From Eledone cirrhosa (Eukaryota): a DNA stretch of 64,000 nt. The stretch spans positions 38,130,001 to 38,194,000 of the forward strand of contig OZ024744.1 of NCBI GenBank assembly GCA_964016885.1, written 5' to 3'. Of the stretch, positions 12,805-25,409 are shown in pieces (positions within the stretch are counted from its first letter, which is position 1; every line of letters starts with the position of its first letter). The notes beneath the pieces were generated by a model. That model had not been told where the DNA came from. It saw only the letters and a list, made by a program, of their open reading frames with translations, and ran no database searches. The position numbers were made by a program, and so were the translations under genes.

Positions 12805-13035
12805 GTATATTCCTAAGAGAAGTGGAAGTCAACATTGTCTGTAAACCAGTTTGGTAAAACAACTGACCTGTTTTAATCTTGTTAGATCTCTTTAGTGATG
12901 TATATTCACTTGGGTAGTTGACTAGACTAGGCAAGATACAAATAGATAGATATAGAGAAAGATAGGCAGATACCTAGACAGAGAGACAGATAGAAAAATA
13001 GATAGATAGATAGATGGATAGATAGATAGATAGAT

Positions 13036-13380
13036 ATGTTTCTTTATTAGCCACAGGGACACAAAAGAAGGGGACAAATACAAAGGGGGAAGTTTACATA
13101 CAATAAAAACGTGTAAAAAGCTATCACAAATGCAATTTAAAAATTAATCGATTTTCCCCAACAAGGGGAGACAGTTCATATGGGTAACACATACCACCGA
13201 AAAAATGTGCAACCCTCATCTCCAGGAGTACGAAGAGTTTGTACCAATTTCCTCTCTTCCCCCTTTTCCTCAACCTACAGGCTGATATAGAGAGAAGGCC
13301 CATTCACTCGGGCCATTCTCTCCACTTTCACCCACCTTTCATAAAACTTGCTGGGGTACAGCACCTCTCTTTCCATTTTG
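13036..13380 (-). mobile_element. 3' fragment of an L1/Tx1-like LINE next to (GATA)n
   Basis: Minus strand encodes KMEREVLYPSKFYERWVKVERMARVN (Tx1-like C-terminus), followed by a 3' UTR ending AATAAAGAAACAT and (CTAT)n. Confidence 0.6.
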
Positions 13381-14033
13381 GGTGAGTGGGAAGCTGGCCA
13401 TGCTGTCTAACCTTTTGACCATCTTTTTTTTTAACTTTGATTGTCTATTTTTAATTTATTTTTGATTTTGTTCTTGTTTTGAGAAGAAAATGTACTAATT
13501 CTCAGACTTCAAAGAACATATTTCAGAACATGTTTTATAAAATTTTATTTCTAAATCTGAGGATGCACCATTGAAATACAGAGAGCGGTGGTGGCCGTGA
13601 CCTTCATTATCAACACCCACGCCTTGGTGATGGGCCCGGTGTACACACTGAATAGAGATGATAAATTGACAGTCGAGGTTATTTGGCAGAAAATGAGAAT
13701 ATACCAGTAAATAAAATGGCTCGATCTTTATCCTCGTGCTACCATTTCCTAAAGAGTTACGGCAACAGTTTGGAAGTAGTGACCAAAATCATATAGAGCT
13801 TCCTTGAAAAGAACGTAGAAAAGATCATGAAAGTTCATAAATATGCTGTTAATATCTGATGTGCTAGTAACCCTAATCCTCGAAAATAAAGGTGCAGAAT
13901 AGAAAGAAAAACAAAGACGACCATATTTTTAGTTGCGATTAATCCCACTTTTACAACTCCAGAATAATATGTTTCTCGCACTAACAGTGGTTATGGAACA
14001 GCGAGGTTGAATTTACTGAATATCGATCTAAAC

Positions 14034-14340
14034 TAGGCATGGGCAACCTTTTTCGAGAAGCGGGCCGCATGAGATATAATTCATCATCAGGCGGGACGCA
14101 AGCGCAAATTTACAATCTGCCCACATTAAAAAAAGGGCGTTAACTCAGGTTGTTTTGATTTGTTTCTTCAGAATTCGTTCCCGTTGTTTTCCTCGATCGT
14201 GAAAATCATAAAAAGATAAATTACGACTAAAAAGTTGGGGTAAAAAGATCAGAAAGATTTCACTTAGGTAACTTAGGCGAGCCATTCAGAAAGCTTTGTG
14301 GGCCGCATGCGGTCCGCGGGCCGCACGTTGCCTATGACTG
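14034..14340. mobile_element. hAT (Charlie-like) MITE
   Basis: TIRs TAGGCATGGGCAAC / GTTGCCTATGACTG, subterminal GCGGGCCGCA motifs, perfect 8-bp TSD ATCTAAAC (14026-14033 and 14341-14348). Confidence 0.9.
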
Positions 14341-14605
14341 ATCTAAACTATTGTTATGTTTCTACTCCCGATTTTTAAATATATTGTTTGAGTTGCCTCA
14401 CGGGTTTATAAGCGGGCTATTTTTAGCATTCCCGACTGCCTGATACTGTCTATTGACTGTTACAATTATTGTGGTAGCCGCCACATGGATGCACGTGGAG
14501 TTTTAGTCTTAACTTTAACTTCCTTGTGGAGGACTGTGACCTTGTCTAATTAGTAAGACAGCCTACTGGTGAGAGCTGTCGTCTTAAGTTTACCAATTAT
14601 CGATT

Positions 14606-14796
14606 TAATAATTGTTTCTACTTTTGGCACAATGCCAGCAATAACCCAGTACATTACTGGTACTTTATTTAATCGACCCCGTAAGGATGAAAGGCAAAGT
14701 TAACCTCGACGGGATTTGAATTCAGACTGTAAAAGGACGTAACTATACTAGAAAGCATGGCGTCCAACTCTCTACCGATACTGCCAATTCACCGCT
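14606..14796 (-). mobile_element. tRNA-derived SINE with Nin/Deu-like core
   Basis: Minus strand: A-box-like TGGCAGTATCGG, B-box-like GAATTCAAATCC, core GCCTTTCATCCTTACGGGGTCGAT, ATT tail. Confidence 0.85.
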
Positions 14797-14801
14797 CGAT
14801 T

Positions 14802-14995
14802 TAATAATTGTTTCTACTTTTTGGCACAAGGCCAGCAATTACCCAGTGCATTACTGGTACTTTATTTTATCGACCCCGTAAGGATGAAAGGCAAAGTAAA
14901 CCTCGGTGGGATTTGAACTCAGACCATAAAGGGCCGTAACACTTTGTTGCAAAGCATGGCGTCAGACCCTCCACCGATACTGCCAATCCACTGCC
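14802..14995 (-). mobile_element. Same SINE family, tandem second copy
   Basis: Collinear with 14606-14796; B-box GAGTTCAAATCC. Confidence 0.85.
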
Positions 14996-15601
14996 CGATG
15001 TAATAATGGTAGTTGATAGGAGGTTTTCTCAACTCGAAACAGCGCTGTATAGTCTTCGAAGATGGGTCAATTACTGTTGTAATGTAATAAATATGCTTAC
15101 TATTCCTATGCTTCTGATTAGTTCTATGTTATATATTTGCAAGATATGAAAATATGTTGTATCCATAACATAATCTTTTAGGAGTTATTACAACATTAAC
15201 ACTGGTTATATAGATGTATATGCTTACATCTATGAAACAAATGGTAACGCAGACTTCAATTAATTTAGTCATAAATATATTCAGCTTCCACTTTATATGG
15301 TAATTGGTCTTTCCATTCGTTTATACTCATGTCCACACACATAAGTATACATATATATTCTTATATGATGGTATATATATTTATATATATGTATGTTTAT
15401 ATATATATATATATATATATATGAAAACATATACGGGGTAACAGATTATTGTTGTAGGTAGTCCACTTAGGTGTAGTCCAGTTAGGGTGCTCCGAGTAAT
15501 GGATGATATCAACGCTTGGCTAAGTTTGACTCAATAAGGCGTTTCCATAGTGATGCTGCGAGTACGCGGTAATTCCTATGTTGTTAACACTTGGAGTAAT
15601 G

Positions 15602-15940
15602 ATAAATCAGGAAAGAAGAGTGACACGGTTTGCTATACAAAAAAGGTTTTTAATCTCAATGCTGACAATTGTTTCTCTGAACTGGTAGGTCTAGAGATCG
15701 CTACCCGCTTATTTTCACGTCATTCGATCACCAATACATAGTTATAACCAGTCAATTCATCGGAGCTTGTGAATAGGAGCTCCGATGAATTGACTGGTTA
15801 TAACTATGTATTGGTGATCGAATGACGTGAAAATAAGCGGGTAGCGATCTCTAGACCTACCAGTTCAGAGAAACAATTGTCAGCATTGAGATTAAAAACC
15901 TTTTTTGTATAGCAAACCGTGTCACTCTTCTTTCCTGATT

Positions 15941-15943
<3 letters not shown>
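15602..15943. repeat. Perfect 166-bp-arm palindrome abutting (TA)n
   Basis: Arms 15602-15767 and 15778-15943, 10-nt loop TGTGAATAGG. Confidence 0.96.
15779..15884 (+). ncRNA. Type-I hammerhead-like motif with U4C core and extended stem II; mirror copy on the minus strand
   Basis: GCT-CCGATGA-[attgactgg...ccagttcaga]-GAAAC AATT GTC-AGC; palindromic stem III/loop 3. Confidence 0.6.
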
Positions 15944-15976
<33 letters not shown>

Positions 15977-15981
15977 AATAT

Positions 15982-16143
15982 AGGCCATCAATTACCCAGT
16001 GTATTACTGGTACATTATTTTATCGACCCCGTAAGGATGAAAGGCAAAGTTAACCTCGGCGGGATTTGAACTCAAACCGTAAAGGGACGTAACTATATGC
16101 TTCAAAGCATGGTGTCCGACTCTCTACCGATACTGCCAATCCA
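15982..16143 (-). mobile_element. SINE copy (same family)
   Basis: TCGACCCCGTAAGGATGAAAGGCAAAGTTAACCTCGGCGGGATTTGAACTC. Confidence 0.85.
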
Positions 16144-16257
16144 TAGTAATAATAATAAATGTGATTAGTAAAATCTGTTATTGTAATATATATATATATA
16201 TATGGGTGTATGTATTTGTGTGTGTGCACATATGTATGTCTCTCTCCTTTTATTTCA

Positions 16258-16318
<61 letters not shown>

Positions 16319-16502
16319 ATATATATATATGTATATATATATGTATATATGTGTGTGTCTGTGTGTGTGTGTAAGATGAAAGTGAACAGAATAATATTGA
16401 ATGAGAATTAAGACAGGGGGGAAAGTATCACCGAAATATTTTAATATTGCCTTAGAATATTTTATATATATACATATAAAAGTATGTATCTGTTAATTGC
16501 TA

Positions 16503-16542
<40 letters not shown>

Positions 16543-16695
16543 GTTTATATGTGTGTGTGTGTATGTATATATGTGTGTGTGTATATTATTATTGTTGTTG
16601 TTGTTGTCGTTATCATTATTGTTATTATTATTATTATTATTATTATGTTGTTGTTTTTTTCTCGTGCAATGGCCATACTCGATAACGAGGGGGCA

Positions 16696-16759
<64 letters not shown>

Positions 16760-17577
16760 GGAAATCAGTAAAATCGAATCTCTGGCGGTTTGCAAGTGAA
16801 TTCGGCCTACTTATATGAGATGATGAGTTAGCAAAGCACTCGATAAGATAGGTCCTTAGAGTAATAACATACGTTTAAAAAGCTTGACAAATCGAACATT
16901 GTGGTAGGCTAAACTAACACACAATATATATACCAGAGCAACGATAGAACTAATCAGGTTGAGAAAAAGTACACCTGGACAAATTAGACGAATAGACGTT
17001 TAAAGTGTTTCTTTGAATCCAAAATCAAATATCCGACTTACTTGAAAGGCAAGCTCCTGGCATTGGTGACCGAACGTTGGATTCAGTTTTTCAACAGGTT
17101 TATCGTTCTTCCTGGGATGGAAGTGATAAATTATATGTTGTTGCAATAAGCTGCTAATCGAATCTATAATTATCACGTGCTAATTCCGGCAAGGGAAATA
17201 ACCCCGGTCCCAGGCGGTTATTCAAAAAGTTAGCGAAAAAGGAAATATTTAAAATTCCCGCTAAACATCATGATAAGCTCTCGACTAGCTGTTATAAAAC
17301 AAACACTAATAATTAACCAATCAACGAAATTGTCTAATTAAATTATATATATATATATGTGTGTGTGTGTACATATGTATGTCTCTCTCCCTATATTTCT
17401 CTCTATTATACTTTTATCGACAGTCGAACGACTTTCGTCAACTCGGACCGAGGAGACAAGGTTTGTCTTTTCAATTGCTAATACTATCTATCGGTCGCAA
17501 CTCCAGGTAGAAGGAGCAACGTGAATCGAGCTCACAACCTCACGAATACAATTTTCAAAACTCAACTACGCGCCTTC

Positions 17578-17709
<132 letters not shown>

Positions 17710-17904
17710 ATATATAAGGGATAACAAAATATCGTTATAGGTAATCCAGTTAGAGGTTGTGAATACTTCGTATTATGGATAGTTTTAGCGTACGGCGTTG
17801 TTTGACTCAAACAACTTAACCAGATCATCCGAGAAACTGGTTAAGCTTACAACGTATTTAAAATTGAGTGTTATTCTTCTCTCTTTCAATATATATATAT
17901 ATAC

Positions 17905-17962
<58 letters not shown>

Positions 17963-17965
17963 CAT

Positions 17966-18397
17966 TTATCGTTTTCGGTGCGCCCGGCCAACTAACTCAC
18001 TCGATATGCAAATTAGGCTGCTCAGCCGTTAATATGCATAAGGAAAGTATATACTTTCAGACGTTCAATCATCCGGCAGGAAGGTATATGATGCTGACGA
18101 TAGCTAATAAGCTTGAAACTAGTACATCGTTCCTGTGTCAGTGTTGAACACAAAGGCGACGATGGTTGCTTGAACACTGTACTGCGTAATTCAGGCTGTT
18201 TGTTTACAAACAAACCAAACATTAAAATAAATGTTCGGTAAACCCATACGTACATATATATATATATATGTGTGCATGTATGTATGTATATACATACTAC
18301 TGTACGTCTGTATACACATATGTATGTACGTATACATACTTACATTTAAGTATCAGCCGTACTAAGAGTGAGAAATGAAATTTCGTTTCATTCTTTT

Positions 18398-18463
<66 letters not shown>

Positions 18464-18884
18464 AAAAAATGAAATTTCATTCCTCACTCTTAGTACGGCT
18501 GATACGTAAATGTAAGTATGTATACGTACATACATATATGTATACAGACGTACAGTAGTATGTATGTACATACATACATGCACACATATATATATATACG
18601 TATGGGTTAACCGAACGTTTATTATAATGTTCGGTTTGTTTGTAAACAAACAGCCCGAATTATTAGCCGTACAGTGTTCGGCAACCATCGTTGTCATTTT
18701 GTTCAACACTGACACAGGAACGATGAACTAGTTTCTAGCTTATTAGTTGTAATCAGCACCGTATACCTTCCTGTCAGTTGATTGAACGTTTGAATGTATA
18801 TACTTTCCTTATGCATATTAACGGCTGTGCAGCCTAATTTGCATATCGAGTGAGTTAGTCGGCCGGGCGTACCGAAAACGATAA
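17966..18884. repeat. Diverged ~430-bp inverted duplication centred on a (TA)n tract
   Basis: 17966-18400 vs 18461-18884 are reverse complements with roughly 10% differences (estimated by eye). Confidence 0.92.
18090..18128 (+). ncRNA. Minimal type-I hammerhead ribozyme motif, core intact
   Basis: GATG-CTGACGA-tAGCT aata AGCTt-GAAAC TA GTA-CATC; stem I GATG/CATC; palindromic ACTAGT stem III. Confidence 0.8.
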
Positions 18885-19193
18885 GTATGCCTATTGCAAT
18901 TGCACTCTACACGCTTGCATATGTACTGCTATCGTCCTCGTTTTACTAGTAACCTTTTACCTTATGTCTCTTTAATTGTTATACTAATCTCTGTCGCATG
19001 GATTCCACTCTGTGCCTTTTTAATTTATTAACTTTTAATTTTTAATTGTAATTATTGTACAATTCTCTGAAATTCTATGTCGCATCCATTCCACTCTGTA
19101 AATACGAAACTGTTGTTCACAACATTAATATCCATGTATCTATATGATTGTTCAGTTGAATAGGAGGTTAGTTATATCTACAAACATTGCTAC

Positions 19194-19243
19194 TGCTCCG
19201 ATGACTCCTCCAAACGAAAGTTAGGAAGAAACGATTATCAGCA
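19194..19243 (+). ncRNA. Degenerate hammerhead motif (CCGATGA type, as at 15779)
   Basis: TGCT-CCGATGA-cTCCT...AGGAa-GAAAC GATT ATC-AGCA, ~40 bp upstream of (TA)n. Confidence 0.6.
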
Positions 19244-19308
19244 TTAAAATGATTTGAACATAGGTTTGATTATTGTGTAATTTATATATATATATTTATA
19301 TACATACT

Positions 19309-19453
<145 letters not shown>

Positions 19454-19548
19454 AGGGGTGTAACTTGGAGTTACAGCAGGTTCACCTGGGAGAGCACTCG
19501 ATGTTTAGGTTCACTTCTGTGATGAGGTGTAGAGCTATACAGAGTGTA

Positions 19549-19785
19549 ATATATTGAAAGAATAACAAGGACGATTGATTGCTCCTTCATTGCATTTATT
19601 TATAGGTGACGCGCGTTTCGCCACTGATCAGCTCAAGGTTCGATCTGTATCGATCCTACCCGACTCAATAATCGGCAGTTTGACGGACCCTTTTAATACA
19701 AATCGAACCTTGAGCTGATCAGTGGCGAAACGCGCGTCACCTAGCAATAAATGCAAGGAGTAATCAATCGTCCTTGTTATCCTTT

Positions 19786-19793
<8 letters not shown>
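19549..19793. repeat. ~100-bp-arm inverted repeat abutting (TA)n, with hammerhead 3' half GAAACGCGCGTC
   Basis: Arms 19549-19650 and 19696-19793; GAAAC-GCGC-GTC at 19727-19738. Confidence 0.92.
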
Positions 19794-19824
<31 letters not shown>

Positions 19825-19934
19825 CACATACATACACACACAACTAACCTATTAGCAGAGAAGAATGGACAGAGAAATTAACCCTCTTCTCTGAATGAAC
19901 ATGTATGTGAAAAATAATTTCTTCCCCTTTTTAT

Positions 19935-20120
19935 GTGGCGCTATCGGTAGAGTGACGGACGCTATGCTTTGACGCATAGAGTTACGGCCCTTTCCATTCT
20001 GAGTTCAAATCGCGCCATGGAAACTTTGCCTTTCATCCTTACGGGATCGATAAAATAAAGTACAAGTAATGCACTGGGCAATTGCTGGCCTTGTGTCAAA
20101 TGTAGAAACAATTATTATTA
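19935..20120 (+). mobile_element. SINE copy (same family, plus orientation)
   Basis: TGGCGCTATCGGTAG...GAGTTCAAATCG...GCCTTTCATCCTTACGGGATCGATAAAATAAAGTAC...AATTATTATT. Confidence 0.85.
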
Positions 20121-20293
20121 TTATCACTATCCGTATAAATATGCAACTTAACAATAGTCTGCATACACTAAATTGACAATACATATAATCCTGAAACCGA
20201 TATTGTAAATAAATTAATGTTTTGATATTTCACTGAAAAAATCTGTTCAACATTTTCAACTGAAAAATATTTTTCCTTTCTACAATTTGTTTA

Positions 20294-20697
20294 TCTCCTT
20301 ATAATATATAACCAGCAATTTCTCTGTCTGTCTGTCCGACAATGGAAACACGTGCGCGCGTGCGAATGTTTTTTGCGCACGCGTAGAGAGAGAGTGAGAG
20401 TGAAAGAAAGAGACAGACTACGAGAGGGGGATAGCGGGAGGGAGAAAGGGAGAGAAAGAGAGTGAATAGACGCTAAAACACGTGCGCGCGTGCGAATGTT
20501 TTTTGCGCACGCGTAGAGAGAGAGTGAGAGTGAAAGAAAGAGACAGACCACAAGAGGAGGATAGCGGGAGGGAGAGAGGGGGGAATTGAGGAGTGCTACA
20601 GAAATATATATACATTTCTGTGTGTGTGTAATATATATATACACACACAGAAATATATATATATATACACACAGAAATATATATACATTTCTGTGTG

Positions 20698-20736
<39 letters not shown>

Positions 20737-20815
20737 GGAATATATATACATTTCTGTGTGTGTAATATATATATATATACTAGCAGAAAACCAACCGTGG
20801 GCGGTTTTCTGCTAG
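20294..20815 (+). mobile_element. Putative non-autonomous Helitron 1
   Basis: A|TC start with TATAATATATA..CTGTCTGTCTGTCC leader, an internal ~130-bp tandem duplication and a CTAG end. Confidence 0.55.
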
Positions 20816-21406
20816 TCTCTATATATAAATCTGAGGATGTCTGTCTGTGTGTGTGTGAGTTTGAATCCCTAAAACTAGAGAACCACCTAACCGACTGTTT
20901 TCAAACTTTACTCATGTAATACTTATGTTTCAGGGAGTGTTCTGAGCAAATAAAATTTCGAATTTTCCATGCCCTAGCGACCACATTAGGCGATTTAGCG
21001 ATCTCTCTCTATAATTCTTAGTCTTTCTCTTTTTAGATAGATACATACATATAACGTCGCGCCCTTATAATATCTGTCTGTATGTCTGGCTGTCTGCATT
21101 ACGTCACTTCCTACAATTCGCTCTGCGTCCAGGACGCGCCCTTATAATATATGTCTGTATGTCTGGCTGTCTGCTGCCTCTGGTTATTCTACCACCCTTG
21201 CTCAAGACAAATCTCACACTCATTCCCCAAACAGTTGGTTAGTGCACACAACCTCTTCCTCACGTTTTAAGCCACAGTTTTGCTTACTTACGTACCACCA
21301 GACCCTTACTTCTTTGCCAGCCGTGGTTGTGGCAATACTAAGCTTAGCTAAGGCGGTTATATATTTCACAATACCTTATCCCGAGCAACGCCGGATACCA
21401 CTGCTA

Positions 21407-21407
<1 letters not shown>
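20816..21407 (+). mobile_element. Non-autonomous Helitron 2
   Basis: 5' TCTCTATATATAAA..GTCTGTCTGTGTG; 3' hairpin CCCGAGCAACGCCGGA followed by CTAG|T. Confidence 0.8.
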
Positions 21408-21454
<47 letters not shown>

Positions 21455-22495
21455 TTATATGTGTGGACATGAACATATATATATATAAATGAAAAGTATA
21501 GAAATTATTGTATATAATTATTATATATATATAATACATTTTTATATGTATATATATATATATATCATACATTTATATGTGTATATGTGTATATGTGTGT
21601 GTGTGTGTGTTTATATATATATATACAATTATATTTGTGTATGCATATATATACACACACACACACACACATACACATATATATATAAAATATTAAAAAA
21701 ATAATGAATAAAACAATGAAACAGTTCCTTATATTAAACAAAAAAAGTTCATTATTTAACGATCGTTTCTGGGATATATATGTGTTAGAATTGGCATGTA
21801 TATTTAACAGATCTATGTACAAAATTATACAAAATTATACAAACTATCAAAATTAAAATTACATACCAACTCATATATATGCCGTCTTCAGAAATAATGA
21901 AATATATTTATTGATAATAACAACAATTCAAAATTACAGGTCTGTTTGGGAACAGAGTTCAAATTGACCAATGGAAACACAAAAAGTTTATACAGTTAGG
22001 TGTGTGTATATATGTAAGTAACTTCGTTCACAGATATGCATAAAAATATATGTTCACATGCATACGCATGCCGAAAAGATGTATGTAAATACAAAAATTC
22101 AGGGCTAATGTCTCTGTATGTTTATAATCTACAGATAAAATACATATACGCATATAAACATATAAATATAAAAATAAATATATACACATTCATATACTCA
22201 CACATATACATACATTCACACACACACGCGCATATACGCATAAACATACACACAACCACGAACATACATACACACACACACTCACACACACATATATGTG
22301 TATATACTATTATCATAAGCATATGGACATTAATGCGCGCACATAAACACTGCCACACATATTTAGATCCAGATACAGAAAGTAGGTGGGGGGGGGGGGG
22401 GAGGTCAGTATTTACTGGTGTCAGCAAACTGCCTATTTATAAATGTATCTATAAATTTAGAAATAAAAAGAAAAAGAAAAAAGAAAAATATTAAG

Positions 22496-22563
<68 letters not shown>

Positions 22564-22616
22564 TATATATAAACAAGTAAAATATAAAATATACATCGAT
22601 ATACATACATATATAT

Positions 22617-22732
22617 ATAAGAACCAGTAAGACCCCGACAGCTGAGCTCAAGCCGTTTCGACGGCTAATTCTGGACTGAATTAGCCGTCGAAACGGCTTG
22701 AGCTCAGCTGTCGGGGTCTTACTGGTTCTTAT
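22617..22732. repeat. Perfect 55-bp-arm palindrome abutting (TA)n, with hammerhead 3' half
   Basis: Arms 22617-22671 and 22678-22732, loop TGGACT; GAAAC-GGCTTGAGCTCAGCT-GTC at 22690-22712. Confidence 0.95.
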
Positions 22733-22809
22733 TACCCACTCTACTACCTCAAGTATTGAGTACTTTGGTGCGTTATGGTCCACCTGGTTCCTTACCACAT
22801 TTCCTTCGT

Positions 22810-22891
<82 letters not shown>

Positions 22892-23090
22892 TACATATAC
22901 ATACACATATACATAAACACATACATACACATACATATACATACACACACCATATATATACACATACACATATACACACGCGCATACATATAGAGACACA
23001 TACATATACACATATAAATACATAGACATATACATATATACACACACATATATATATATATACACACATACATATATACATACATTCACA

Positions 23091-23134
<44 letters not shown>

Positions 23135-23175
23135 ATAAATACACTCATGTATATACACATATACACATACATACC

Positions 23176-23213
<38 letters not shown>

Positions 23214-23303
23214 CGGATTGGACACTACCGTAAACTCTTGGTAGATTTATCTACATATATATATATATATATATAGACATACATTTATATATGTGTGTGT
23301 ATT

Positions 23304-23626
23304 CGAGTGCGAAACAAGGAGATCCTGCGGAGAGCCGAGTCGTGGACGCTACAGAGAGTGGTCACGGAGCGTCGGTGCCGTCTGGCTGGCCATATCTGCG
23401 TCTGCCAAATGAACGGCATTTGAAAACAGCGATGAACTGATCTCCGCCTGGCGGTAAACGGAGGCGGGGTTGCCCAAGGATCACCTGGCGACGAACGTTC
23501 CGGAAGGATCTGATGGCAGTCAACATCACCTGTCACGGTCTCGAAAAAGTTGCCGCTGATCGTGACCGTTGGCGAGTACTCACGGCTCGATGCGCCGAAC
23601 GGTGCGGAAGAATCTAAGACTAAGAC
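23304..23626 (+). mobile_element. 3' fragment of an RTE-clade LINE
   Basis: Broken translation RVRNKEILRRA..RRCRLAGH..LR..GKRRRGCPRITW..AADRDRWR, typical of the RTE C-terminus; TAAGAC x2 tail. Confidence 0.85.
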
Positions 23627-23762
23627 AAAGATTCGTGTGTATAAGAAATATATCTAATTTTAAATATTTATTTCAGAAATGCATTTCGGAAGTAATTTTA
23701 TTTCATACCAAAATATCTTTCATAGGAATTATCGTTTATTTGTGATCGCTTTTGAATGAGAG

Positions 23763-23820
<58 letters not shown>

Positions 23821-24740
23821 AAACGAAAAGTCAGTGATGCATCTGAACTCAATTTATTGTGTGTTACAATTGTTTCGCCAGCGGACAGCTCGAGACACGA
23901 TCATTGTGTCGATCTGTCTGATTCTTGATCCGCAGGTTCGACGGACAGGTCTAATGATTTCGGAGCAAATTCTCTCACTGGAGTGTTAGCGTCAAAAACA
24001 TCCTCTTCGCGCGTCCTGCTGTTTTTCTACGTCATCGTAATTCTGACCAACAGGTATCATTCGAATGACCATCATCAGCTGTCGCGTTTCTGCCACACTT
24101 CGATGAATTACTACTGGGTTTGGTAGTTCACACGTCCACGTGTGCACTCACACACATATATACACACATGCGCGCACACGCACACACACACGCACACACA
24201 CACACACACTCACACACACATACACACAATCACATAGATAACAACATCCGTACGCATAGACTCCCGCTATACACACACACTTAAGGAGAACATATAAATC
24301 TATGGACATAGGCATACACAGACGCCTGCCCATATACAACAACACACATATATGTATATATATATATATACATATTAATATATTATCATATATCAAATTC
24401 TATGTTTACGTATACGTTTTTTTTTTAGTTAATTCATGTATTTATTCATTTATTTATCTATATTTATTTAAATTTTATTTTATTTTATACTGTTTTATTT
24501 CGATCTGATATTTTGTTTCAAAACTACGCTTTCATTTATCCATATTTCTCTCACTTAAGCCATATAAGTGTATAAATATATATATATATTTCTGACTTCG
24601 TTTTCTATCTGGCTATGGATGGTATATATTCCTTCTCACTGTCCAAAAATCTACCATATATTTGAGTTTAGCAATGTATATACCTAAATATAAATGTATA
24701 TACATACATACACACTCTCATTCTCAAACATACACATGTA

Positions 24741-24924
<184 letters not shown>

Positions 24925-24988
24925 ATACGCACATACACAAACGCACGGACGCGCACACGCACCACACACACACAGGCGCGCACACACA

Positions 24989-25024
<36 letters not shown>

Positions 25025-25145
25025 ACAAAGCAAACGGCACACTACAGTACTGAAATATATTAGTGATATACCTCTTACTGTATATATATATATATGTATT
25101 AATTTTTAAATGTATTTCTGTATATTTTGGATGGTCTTTGTCATT

Positions 25146-25207
25146 TTTCTTTTCTTTTCTTTTCTTTTCTTTTCTTTTCTTTTCTTTTCTTTTCTTTTCT
25201 TTTCTTT

Positions 25208-25283
<76 letters not shown>
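25146..25283. repeat. (TTTTC)n-(TC)n polypyrimidine microsatellite upstream of the splice acceptor
   Basis: Direct reading. Confidence 0.95.
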
Positions 25284-25286
<3 letters not shown>

Positions 25287-25374
25287 CTTTATCTCTCCTT
25301 CTCTCCTCCTCTATCTCTTCGTACCTTTCTATCTCCGTATTAATTTTGCCTCTTAGAATTTACACTAATACCGT

Positions 25375-25409
25375 ATTTTCTCTTCTTTTATTTCCTTTCC
25401 TTCTAGCAG
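25375..25409 (+). promoter_or_regulatory. Splice acceptor (polypyrimidine tract + TAG/CAG NAGNAG) of the TMEM151 coding exon
   Basis: TTTTCTCTTCTTTTATTTCCTTTCCTTCTAG|CAGCGTCCTGTGAAG; homology starts exactly at QRPVKQS. Confidence 0.8.

Noticed and set aside
16818-16860. ATGATGAG..GATAAGATAGGTC hammerhead-like string
   Set aside because: Several core mismatches and no clear stems I or III.
19935-20120. SINE as the non-autonomous partner of the Dong elements
   Set aside because: No visible similarity to either Dong 3' UTR, and the tail is (ATT)n rather than (TAA)n on the sense strand.
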